Source of the DNA: Pseudomonadota bacterium
GTDB lineage: Bacteria; Myxococcota; JACRCW01; JAFGSX01
DNA: 64,000 nt
Direction: 5' to 3'
NCBI GenBank assembly: GCA_043821645.1
Contig: JBDRCO010000076.1
Location: 1 to 64,000, forward strand
Below the pieces are notes generated by a model. The model saw nothing but the letters and a program-made list of their open reading frames with translations, was not told the origin of the DNA and searched no databases. Positions 30,601-37,677 of this stretch are shown one piece after another (within the stretch, counting starts at the first letter, position 1; each line of letters begins with the position of its first letter). The position numbers and the translations under genes were made by a program.

Positions 30601-30614
30601 GGCCCCGGCCGTAG
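24696..30614 (+). CDS. Giant surface lipoprotein (~1970 aa): 11 Cys-rich repeats, lamin-tail domain, Ig and PKD domains, two beta-helix blocks each with a CUB-like insert
   Basis: Lipobox LAAC; CGxY/FDxDxCxEW repeats; ILINEVLYDATG..FVELWG (LTD); VRVDYYVD (Ig); PVAAFT (PKD); parallel beta-helix repeats. Confidence 0.85.
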   Translation: MMSTCNRSWMAISVLLTTALAACPEPPDTPNPPRRDAAHYDAGSVDTLGTDSAVLDSAGQDLVAADSAAPDVTSADSASPDAGGPDAWEPSCEDECSEGSQVCDTAVDGYRICGQYDLDDCLELSPTVACAPAFSCTAGVCVPDCRDECPVSGTLCQDENTVLACGNFDTDACLDLGGAVACGTGKKCEAGQCVDTASTCSDECADGETTCFGDAVRTCGAFDSDSCRDFSMPVTCGQGLVCQGGACTSFCEDECSSAGVNECVGNGVRSCGNYDADGCLEWGPITGCQAPQFCTAGVCSVTCTHECDSVGQALCVTGGVAMCGEFDGDPCRDLSTPTPCPAGYACGSGGLCSATCTNDCALGTPPRCGTDGFSLETCGNFDGDVCSEWGGAITCPGGATCTGGSCDTPCTDDCTPSGLTECISGDNATQTCGQYDLDSCYEWAARSACEAWQVCSTDQCVLGVTPATILINEVLYDATGTDNAAGTLVFVELWGPASQSLDGYELVGVNGNGGVDYNRIALTGEVTGTDGYFVIAHPQAAASLLALADITKNEVDYQNGPDAIQLRWRGRLVDAVGYGVFGSGDVFAGEGTAAQAAPPSGAGKSLTRSASHADTDVNSADFSVALAPSPRANPPDCLDECPTLNATRCSSSQVQTCRADVDADSCLEWTAAANCPISGESCVGTTCQAPVCSDECPTLNATECVGLQIRTCRTDVDSDSCREWTAAGNCPVGGQTCNSLTDQCETPTCSNDCNPGTDLPQCGGTNGQQIRSCVVDGDPDSCYEWSTYSDCTTGGQVCIGGTCTTPCNHECPSTGATRCAINGQIETCGNYDTDACREWSAPANCGGSLTCIVDSCQAPSAPEVRLISPQGTVQTTQGNVHRILVDATAAPGRSIVRVDYYVDNVKKGETTAAPHEYFYTVPANAPTNSTQSVQAKAVDNQNVTGSSSYAYLDVKNDAPVAAFTAIITNINGGVGTVTADASAVRDTETSTANLEVCWDWMNSGTCSAFSTDKIAVKNDFAAPAPGPTTYTIRMVVRDAVGQTHATTRDVTFTSIQYIGGQTIDTTLWYGTVVITGDVTVGATATLTIAEGTQILFVRTDQDNNGIGDYTFDVAGTLIVEGTANNPVVFTGQDSGAKVPGAWDRIILRGSAPSTLTHTVVEYADVGIEARNGSILDHVTVRSTHDECIRLNNADNAVLSDVTVTECGSNGVSVYNGTTGASASNLSSTVNGANGLSLWQSSAITVVGATLANNTVNGARVGTGSTLNLSDADVEDNDGAGIAFLSSAGGAVTHNQIHRNGLEGIGLYADSSGNPAPVVNYNNIYSNGSSGTMRVQTINTSATLTASYSSWGSSVTSSTWSVPGGSTIRRAYINYDETDNSSNYVTGTLQEGGGSTIRTFTSDFAGWVYVDPSVTSLRVRVADSGYGSAVDTITASQVEVVWPDGSSEVVAIVDSGTVDLRYNYLGVFPGVLSHVELSRPDAVNLQGFVGSLYDSSWDRGIYLAGPITTRTLDGTFVVTGDITIAAGAVVSVEAGSIIQFVKHDQDGDGDGDFSITSSGQLNLTGAQGDEIVVDGYGAVAGNAFQTVLLAGSTGEASHWSHVTVSKGRQPVRITGNSALDHITVAGGSGDGVKAENSTGVSISDCVVSGAGGTGFLLNNADSAILSDLTSEANSGNGLTIQGGSTGVSVSKLLSRYNTGSGVYVLGGSTPSIVDSTIRENTAHGIHVDGSTPSIMYNLLAYNGGSGLRIDGSGTSTGQYNIVKFNENSGVSAWSKAGATPAVTVSHSNIYSNSTNGSSIIFAETPSSTLTASYSSWGSSVTSSTWTAADGRSIRRVFVSYDETDNSSNYVTGTLLTGGGSVIQNFSSDFNGWVYVPAGTMSLRVRVADSGYGSATDSITVTTAEMWEESGTSNYELVAVTDSGTVGADHNFWTSNVGDVPSKIFEARTGTVDYSGYTGSEYPSGSVTQVGPRP

Positions 30615-30615
30615 A

Positions 30616-31541
30616 TCAGCGCTTCGTGACGTCGTAGCCAGTGCATGACCTGATGGCGGCGTCCTCCAGCGGTCTGCTGGAAACTCCGCCATTATCAACA
30701 ACGGTGAAGGGGGTGTGACGCTCGTTGACCGTCGTGCCGTCCCCAAGTCCAAGGCCAGGTATCACGAAGCCCCAGCAGGAAATCTCACCGGTATTTGTCA
30801 GTACACATGAGTGTTCACTGAGACTATCCAGAGCGACCACGGCGTTGAGTTGCTGCGCGCCGGTGCATGCAGGGCCGAAGCCGGTGTGACAGACTGATCC
30901 GGGGACCCCGATCGCAGAGGAAACGGTGCCATTGCCAAGCTGTCCCATGGCGTTGTCTCCCCAGCATAGAACATGCCCATCATCCGTCAGAGCGCAGGTG
31001 AAATGAAATGACGTGGCAAGCGACGCGATGTTGTGCAGATGGTCGCCGCCGGTACGGGTAGGGCCGGTGCCGTCCAGCTCAGGGCCACCGAGGTCGTGGA
31101 CAGAGCCTGCGCCGAGAGTCCCTGCAGCGGCACCACACCCGCGGCGTCTGTGCCCGTGGCTGCGTCCCCGACGACGATCGTGTCTGGCGAGGCAGATACG
31201 TCCGCAGCGGTCACGACATCCGCTGCGGTACTGTCCCTCGCGCCCCCGTCATCGTTGTGGGAGTCCGTGGCGGCAGTGTCCAGCCCCCGAATGTCCACGA
31301 CAGAGGAGTCTGGCCGCATGACGTCGAGGATCTGCACGTCGCTCGTGCTGGCGTCGTGCCCTGCGTCGGCATGGCCTGCATCGGGAAGCTCGCACACCTT
31401 GCGCGTGGGATGGCAGCGCAGGGGTTTCTGGCAGTCCTCGTCGCCATAGCAGGCGTTCTCGTCGGGCAAGGGTGGGTTACAAAGTCAGCCACCCAGCGCA
31501 GCGAGGGCAACGAAGGTGATGGCGAGTACTGTTCGCAGCAT
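30616..31541 (-). pseudogene. Disrupted lipoprotein gene (Cys-rich motif, DA linker, FN3 start, RCC1 repeats)
   Basis: GAGGGGAGG RBS; MLRTVLAITFVALAALGG* with TGA at the lipobox Cys (31485-31487); FN3 start LSAQALSTTSVALSWTAP breaks at ~31050; out-of-frame RCC1 repeats HFTCALTDDGHVLCWGDNAMGQLGNG and HSCVLTNTGEISCWG. Confidence 0.8.
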
Positions 31542-31618
31542 GTGGCCTCCCCTCAACAGGAAGGGAGAATATGCGAGACGGGAACCCGGTCAAGAGGACC
31601 GCGTGCGGCTGGACCCTG

Positions 31619-32620
31619 TCACTGCACCGTCACCACCACCGTGTCGCTATCCACACCACCGAACACGTCGCTCACCGTGAGCTGCACAGTGATGGAACCG
31701 GCGGCTGATCCCGCCGTGAAGCTGGGCGTGGCCGTGGTCTCCCCGGTCAGCGTCGCACCCATGGTCGGCCCTTGCAGGACCCAGGCGTAGCTCAGTCCGT
31801 CGCCGTCCGGGTCCATGGACATGCTGCCGTCCAGCGCAACGGTGCCGCTGACGGAGACGCTGGTGTCGTCGCCAGCGCTGGCCACCGGTGTGGAGTTGAG
31901 CACGTTGACGAAGAAGCGATCCGTCGTCAGCCGGATGCCGTTGTAGGAGACGTCGAGTGCGATCTCGTAGCTGGCGTGGGGGTCGGTGGGGGTGAACTGG
32001 GCCTCCTGGTCGCGCGCGTTCACGATGGTCGCGCTGCTGCCTGGCGGGCGGGTCAGCAAGGCCCAGTTGTAGTCGACGATGCCGGGCTCGGTGGGCAGGA
32101 CACTGGCAGCGGCGGACAGCGTCAGGGTCTGGCCCAGGCTGGCGCCGCGATTGTCACCGGCCTCGGCGTAGTACTGGTTGGTGACCTGCAGCAGCACGTG
32201 CACGGTCGAGCTGCTCGCCATGCGCGCGTCCTGCACGAAGAGCAGGACCGTGTAGTTCCCGTCACAGGGTGGCGTGACCTGGAACAGGCTCTGGTTGGTC
32301 ACCCCCTGGTGCGTGGTGCATTGGCTGGCGCCGGTCGGGCCCACCACCGACCAGAAGTAATACAGAGGGTCGCCATCGGGGTCCGACGAGCCCGTGCCAT
32401 CCAGTTCGGCCAAGAACCCGCGCGGGTGCTGGACCTCGGATGGGCCGGCAATGACTGCGATCGGGGAGGAGTTGGGGCCGGCGTCCTGGCCCGCATCCGC
32501 TGCGGTGGCGTCGGGTTTGGTTTCCGGGGGAGGTTCGGAGCAGGCAGCCACGACGGTCAGCAATGCGCACGCTGAGATCAGGACGGCACACCAGCCATGG
32601 TCTCGAGTTGGTCGTCCCAT
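31619..32620 (-). CDS. Lipoprotein with three PKD/K319L-like Ig domains
   Basis: Lipobox VAAC; LDGTGSSDPDGDPLYYFW; AEAGDN; PVASAGDD..LDGSMSMDPDGDGLSYAW. Confidence 0.85.
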   Translation of the reverse strand: MGRPTRDHGWCAVLISACALLTVVAACSEPPPETKPDATAADAGQDAGPNSSPIAVIAGPSEVQHPRGFLAELDGTGSSDPDGDPLYYFWSVVGPTGASQCTTHQGVTNQSLFQVTPPCDGNYTVLLFVQDARMASSSTVHVLLQVTNQYYAEAGDNRGASLGQTLTLSAAASVLPTEPGIVDYNWALLTRPPGSSATIVNARDQEAQFTPTDPHASYEIALDVSYNGIRLTTDRFFVNVLNSTPVASAGDDTSVSVSGTVALDGSMSMDPDGDGLSYAWVLQGPTMGATLTGETTATPSFTAGSAAGSITVQLTVSDVFGGVDSDTVVVTVQ

Positions 32621-32952
32621 CGCAAAGTGTTGCATCCCGGCCTCGAGCGTTGTGCGCATCGCCGCTCGATCCAGCAGATCACGAGCCAAGGTCCACGTCG
32701 ATGTCAAAGTCATCCTCCGGGTCCCTGGGGTGACTCGAACTCCACAACCCGCCGGGAGCCATGGTGACGACGGCGTCGCTGTCCTTGCTCCCGGGATCGG
32801 GCGTCAGCGCCCACAGGGCGTCGTGGTCCCAGGCCGCCAGCTCGAAGACCGAGCCCAGGGCCATCGCCCTGCGAAGCCCGAGGGGCGCGAACCAGCAGGT
32901 AACGTCCACACCGCTTGAAGGCGCGCGCGAGAGACGGGGTGGATCGCAGCGC

Positions 32953-33071
32953 CAGCGGTGGGTTCACACCACCGCGAGGAAAACGACGCAGCGGCGCGCA
33001 TCTCGTCGCTGCGATACACGCAAACCGCCCTTCTTGCCTCGGCCGCGGCGACGCGGGTGGAAACCCGTGGC
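32953..33071. repeat. Cluster of three GC-rich hairpins, REP-like
   Basis: GCGGTGG-gttcaca-CCACCGC; CGCAGCGGCG-N7-CGTCGCTGCG; CGGGT-ggaa-ACCCG, all within one divergent intergenic region. Confidence 0.45.
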
Positions 33072-33092
33072 ACGGCGTTGTAAAAAACACCC

Positions 33093-33548
33093 ATGACGCA
33101 GGAACACGAGACGCTCCTCGAGGAGTATCCCATCACGGTGCGCCTGCCCGTGCACTGGGGCGACATGGATGCCTACCAGCACGTCAACAACGTGGTGTAC
33201 TTCAGGTGGTTCGAGACGGCGCGGGTGTCGTACTTCGATGCCATGCACATCATGGGCGATCCCGCGGTCCCCGTGCGCCCCATCCTGGCCTCGGTCCAGT
33301 GCCGCTACAAGGCGCCCCTGTTACACCCCGACGTGGTGGTGGTGGGCGCCCGTGTCGACGGGGTTCAGGAGGATCGCTTTCGCATGAGCTACGCCGTGGT
33401 GAGCGAGGCGCTGGCGCGCGTGGCCGCGGTGGGCGAGGGACTGGTGGTGTCCTTCGACTACGCCGCCGGACACAAGGTGGCCCTGCCCGCAGCCTGGCGC
33501 GAGAGCATCGCGAGCATCGAGGCGCGCGCCTCGCACGACGCACCCTGA
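33093..33548 (+). CDS. Acyl-CoA thioesterase (4HBT/YbgC hot-dog fold)
   Basis: VHWGDMDAYQHVNNVVYFRWFETARVSYF. Confidence 0.92.
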   Translation: MTQEHETLLEEYPITVRLPVHWGDMDAYQHVNNVVYFRWFETARVSYFDAMHIMGDPAVPVRPILASVQCRYKAPLLHPDVVVVGARVDGVQEDRFRMSYAVVSEALARVAAVGEGLVVSFDYAAGHKVALPAAWRESIASIEARASHDAP

Positions 33549-33585
33549 GCGATGTCGGCTCGCCACGGTACGGCCAAGGAGACCC

Positions 33586-34599
33586 ATGCCTGACGCACGA
33601 GGACAGTGGCACCTGCTGACGCTTGGCGACTCCATCCTGTGGGGACAGGGTCTGCGCGACGCAAACAAGATCGTGGTGCGCACGGCCCAGTCCCTGTCCC
33701 AGGCGAAGGGCGTCACCGTGAACCTTCACGTCTACGCGCACAGCGGGGCCTGGATCTGGAACCAGGTCGTGCAGCCTCCGCACCCTGACGACCCGAGCAT
33801 GGCCAGCCTTGCCCAGTCCGGTCGCCTGACCCTGCCGGGGAACGACAGCACCCGCGATTTCATCGGCGAGCGGCCGCTGCCCGAACCCTACGTGTGGAGC
33901 CAGCTCCACCAGGCCAGCCTGGACCTGGCGCACCTGGGCGTGAGCCCCGATGTGGTGCTGCTCGACGGAGGCATCAACAACATCGGTGTGTTCGAGATCG
34001 TCAATTCCACCCACGATGCTGCGTGGATGCAGCGCCAGGTGGACGCTCTGCGCGGATGGATGTACGAGCTTCTGCTGGGCGTGCACGGGCACTTTCCTGC
34101 CGCGCACCTCGTCGTCACGGGCTACTACCCTGTGTTCAGCAACCTGTCGTTTGCGCTGGGTGCGGACCTGGCGTCGCGGACATTCATTCACGCTGTCACC
34201 GGGCTCAACGCCTTCGGCGTGCTGCACCCCATGCAAGACCTGGTGGCCCTGTCGCGGACTTTCTCCCAGGGCATTCACGCCAACCTGAGCGCGGACGTGC
34301 AGCGCTTCAATGGCCAGGTCGGGGCCTCGGTGGCGGCCTATGCGCCGCCCCGATTCACTGCGGCCAACGCCTATGCGGCACCCCGCTGCCTGCTGTGGCA
34401 GCTCAACCTGAACCCACTGCATTTTCTCGAACCCATGGACGATGCGGTGGCTGAGCGCGAGGCAGCCCTCGGTGGCGCACAGGGTCTGGAACGGCAGGTT
34501 GGCTTGCGCTGCTCGGCCGGACACCCCAATCGCGAGGGCGCCGAGCGCTACCACGAGGCCGTGGTGAAGGCGCTGAAGGCACTCGGCGTGTTGCCTTGA
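33586..34599 (+). CDS. SGNH/GDSL hydrolase
   Basis: LGDSILWG (block I), AHSGA (II), DGGINN (III), GHPN (V). Confidence 0.85.
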   Translation: MPDARGQWHLLTLGDSILWGQGLRDANKIVVRTAQSLSQAKGVTVNLHVYAHSGAWIWNQVVQPPHPDDPSMASLAQSGRLTLPGNDSTRDFIGERPLPEPYVWSQLHQASLDLAHLGVSPDVVLLDGGINNIGVFEIVNSTHDAAWMQRQVDALRGWMYELLLGVHGHFPAAHLVVTGYYPVFSNLSFALGADLASRTFIHAVTGLNAFGVLHPMQDLVALSRTFSQGIHANLSADVQRFNGQVGASVAAYAPPRFTAANAYAAPRCLLWQLNLNPLHFLEPMDDAVAEREAALGGAQGLERQVGLRCSAGHPNREGAERYHEAVVKALKALGVLP

Positions 34600-34679
34600 G
34601 CCTTGCACCCCTTGTGCGATCCTGCCCAACCGGGTGGCGTGCACGCGTGCACGGCCACTCATGCTCATGGAGGCGCGCG

Positions 34680-36521
34680 ATGTCTCGCTGGATCCATTCC
34701 GTGCTGGCTCTGTCGGCCCTGACCCTGGCGTGTCCCGCATCCAGGGATTCGTCCCCTGCGACAGCACCCTCCCCGGGAGAGACCGCTGCCACCCCGACGC
34801 CGACCCTTGCCGAGGCCGAGTTTTGGATGAAAGAGGTCGAGGCTGAATTGCTCACGCTCAAGGTGGCCCAGGAGCGCGCCATGTGGGTGCAGGCCACCTT
34901 CATCACCGACGACACCGACATCATCGTGGCCGACGCCCAGGTGGCGCTGATGAAGTTCGTCGGCGAGAAGGCCATCGAGGCCACCCGCTTTGATAGGCTG
35001 GATCTGCCCGCAGAGCTGAAGCGCAAGATCGAACTGCTCAAGCTCGAGCTCGACCTGCCCGCGCCCTCGGATCCGGCCCAGCGCCAGGAGCTGGCTGATA
35101 TCGCCACCCGCATGAAGAGCAGCTACGGCAAGGGGACCTACTGCTCGCCGCGCCACAGGGGCGCGTGCCTGAGTCTGGGCGAGCTGTCCCGCGTCCTCGC
35201 CGAGAGCCGCGACTGGGACACCCTGATCGACGCGTGGCAGGGCTGGCGCAGCGTGTCCATCCCGATGCGCCAGGACTTCCCGCGCTATGTCGAGCTGGCC
35301 AACGCCGGAGCACGCGAGCTGGGCTTTGCCGACCTGGGGGCGCTGTGGCGCTCGCGCTACGACATGCCGCCCGAGGCCTTCTCGGCCGAGGTGGAGAGGT
35401 TGTGGCAGCAGATGAAGCCCCTGTACGAGCAGCTGCACTGCATGGTGCGCGCGCGCCTGGCCACGCGCTACGGCGGCGACAAGGTCCCGGCTGACCAGCC
35501 CATCCCGGCGCACCTGCTGGGCAACATGTGGAGCCAGGAGTGGGGCGGCATCTACGATCTGGTGGCGCCCCCGAGCCAGGGCAGCCTCGACATCACCAAG
35601 CTGCTGGCGGCCAAGAAGACCGACGAACTTGGCATGGTGCGCCAAGCCGAGGCCTTCTTCTCGTCGCTGGGACTTGAAAAGCTGCCGGACACCTTCTGGA
35701 CCCGATCCATGTTCACCAAGCCCCGGGACCGCGACGTGGTGTGCCACGCCAGCGCCTGGGACATCGACTGGAAGGACGATCTGCGCATCAAGATGTGCAT
35801 CGAGCGCACCGCCGACGACTTCATCACCATCCACCACGAGCTCGGCCACAACTACTACCAACGCGCCTACAAGGACCAGCCCGTGCTGTTCACCAACGGC
35901 GCCAACGACGGCTTCCACGAGGCTCTGGGCGACACCCTGGCCCTGTCGGTGACCCCGACCTACCTGCGCCGCATCGGTCTGCTCGACCGGGACGTGCCCG
36001 ACAGCCTGGATCCGATGCTGCGTCTGGCCCTGGACAAGCTCGCCTTCATCCCCTTCGGCCTGGTCGTCGACACCTGGCGCTTCGACGTGTTCTCGGGCCA
36101 GGTCAAGCCCGAGCAGTACAACGCGCACTGGTGGGAGTTGCGGCGGCGTTACCAGGGTCTGCGTTCGCCCGTCGAGCGCAGCGAAGCGGACTTCGACCCG
36201 GGCGCCAAGTACCACGTGGCCGCCAATGTGCCCTACACCCGCTACTTCCTGGCGCTGGTGCTACAGTTCCAGTTCCACCGGGCCCTGTGTCGCGCGGTCG
36301 GGCACCAGGGCCCACTGCACCAGTGCACCATCCACGACAGCAAAGTGGCAGGCCAGAAGCTCGACGCCATGATGCGCATGGGTGCGAGCCGACCCTGGCC
36401 CGAGGCGCTGAAGGCGTTGACGGGGGAAGACACCATGGATGCCAGCGCCGTGATCGACTACTTCAAGCCCCTGCTCGACTGGCTGGCCGAGCAGAACAAG
36501 GACCAGAAGTGCGGCTGGTGA
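34680..36521 (+). CDS. M2 family peptidyl-dipeptidase A (ACE homologue), lipoprotein
   Basis: Lipobox TLAC; IPAHLLGNMWSQEW; VVCHASAWD; HHELGH zinc motif; GFHEALGD; FDPGAKYHV; PYTRYF. Confidence 0.95.
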   Translation: MSRWIHSVLALSALTLACPASRDSSPATAPSPGETAATPTPTLAEAEFWMKEVEAELLTLKVAQERAMWVQATFITDDTDIIVADAQVALMKFVGEKAIEATRFDRLDLPAELKRKIELLKLELDLPAPSDPAQRQELADIATRMKSSYGKGTYCSPRHRGACLSLGELSRVLAESRDWDTLIDAWQGWRSVSIPMRQDFPRYVELANAGARELGFADLGALWRSRYDMPPEAFSAEVERLWQQMKPLYEQLHCMVRARLATRYGGDKVPADQPIPAHLLGNMWSQEWGGIYDLVAPPSQGSLDITKLLAAKKTDELGMVRQAEAFFSSLGLEKLPDTFWTRSMFTKPRDRDVVCHASAWDIDWKDDLRIKMCIERTADDFITIHHELGHNYYQRAYKDQPVLFTNGANDGFHEALGDTLALSVTPTYLRRIGLLDRDVPDSLDPMLRLALDKLAFIPFGLVVDTWRFDVFSGQVKPEQYNAHWWELRRRYQGLRSPVERSEADFDPGAKYHVAANVPYTRYFLALVLQFQFHRALCRAVGHQGPLHQCTIHDSKVAGQKLDAMMRMGASRPWPEALKALTGEDTMDASAVIDYFKPLLDWLAEQNKDQKCGW

Positions 36522-36593
36522 CGACGTGAACCAGCGGGTGGGCGCTTGCGGAAGACAGCCCGCGCCCGGCCATCTTTCACTCGACGCCCGCCC

Positions 36594-37652
36594 ATGACCG
36601 ACGCCAGCACCGTCAAGCTCCTGGTCCTGTCCGACACCCACCTCGGCTTCGATCTGCCGGCCCGCCCGCGCGTCGAGCGCCTGCGCCGAGGCGAGGACTT
36701 CTTTGCCAGCTACCAGCGGGCCCTGGCGCCGGCGCTGGCGGGCGAGGTGCACGCTGTGCTGCACCTCGGCGATCTGCTGTACCGCAGCAAGGTCCCGGCC
36801 TGGCTGGTCGAGCGCGCCGTGGCGCCACTTCGCCAGGTGGCCTCCCAGGGCGTGCCCGTGGTGTTGCTGCCGGGTAACCACGAGCGCTCGCACATCCCTT
36901 TCTCCTTGCTCGCGGCCCACAAGGGCCTGCACATCGTCGACAGGCCGCAGACCCTGGTGCTCGAGTTGGCGGGTCAGCGCGTGGCCCTGGTGGGATTCCC
37001 GAACTACCGCGACGAGGTCCGGCAGCGCTTCCCCTCGCTACTCGACGCCACGGGTTGGCAGCGAAGCCCCTGCGACCTCAGGCTGCTGTGTCTGCACCAG
37101 TGCATCGAGGGCATGACCGTGGGGCCCAGGAACTTCATGTTCACCACGGCGAACGATGTCATTCGCAGCCGTGACCTGCCCCGGGGCTTCGCCGCTGTCC
37201 TGGCTGGTCACGTGCATCGGCACCAGGTGCTGCGGCACGACCGACAGGGTCAGCCCCTGGCGGCTCCGGTGCTGGTGCCTGGCTCCATCGAGCGCACGTC
37301 CATGGCCGAGGCGGGCGAGGTCAAGGGCTACCTCATGGTCGAGTTCGTGCCCGGGAGTGGGGGAGGGCGACTGCGGAGCCACCGCTTCGTCGAGCTGGCC
37401 ACGCGCCCCCTGGTCGTGGTCCGGATTCCGGACTCCCTGATCGCTGCCGAGGGCCCGCTGACGACGTGGATCGCGACGACCCTGGCAGCGCTGCCCGCGA
37501 ACGCGGTGGTCACAGTGCGCTGGAACCAGCCCGCCGACGGCTTGCCGAGCTCTACTCTGCGCGCCGCCAGGCTGCGTGCCCTGGCGCCGCCCACCATGAT
37601 CGTCGAGCTGGCCAGGCCATCCCTTCGGGCGGACGGAACCAATCGCATCTGA
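36594..37652 (+). CDS. SbcD/Mre11-like metallophosphoesterase nuclease
   Basis: SDTHLG, GDL, GNHE, LHQ, AGHVH, PGSIERTSMAE. Confidence 0.85.
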   Translation: MTDASTVKLLVLSDTHLGFDLPARPRVERLRRGEDFFASYQRALAPALAGEVHAVLHLGDLLYRSKVPAWLVERAVAPLRQVASQGVPVVLLPGNHERSHIPFSLLAAHKGLHIVDRPQTLVLELAGQRVALVGFPNYRDEVRQRFPSLLDATGWQRSPCDLRLLCLHQCIEGMTVGPRNFMFTTANDVIRSRDLPRGFAAVLAGHVHRHQVLRHDRQGQPLAAPVLVPGSIERTSMAEAGEVKGYLMVEFVPGSGGGRLRSHRFVELATRPLVVVRIPDSLIAAEGPLTTWIATTLAALPANAVVTVRWNQPADGLPSSTLRAARLRALAPPTMIVELARPSLRADGTNRI

Positions 37653-37677
37653 CGCCGAGGGATGCCGACCGAGGGCG

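Noticed and set aside
31485-31487. Selenocysteine or alternative-code reading of the TGA
   Set aside because: TGA is a normal stop in many genes here, the position is a lipidation site, and the gene has a second lesion
32679-32909. 76-aa ORF upstream of the PKD lipoprotein gene
   Set aside because: No recognisable motif or clear RBS; could be a remnant but cannot be supported
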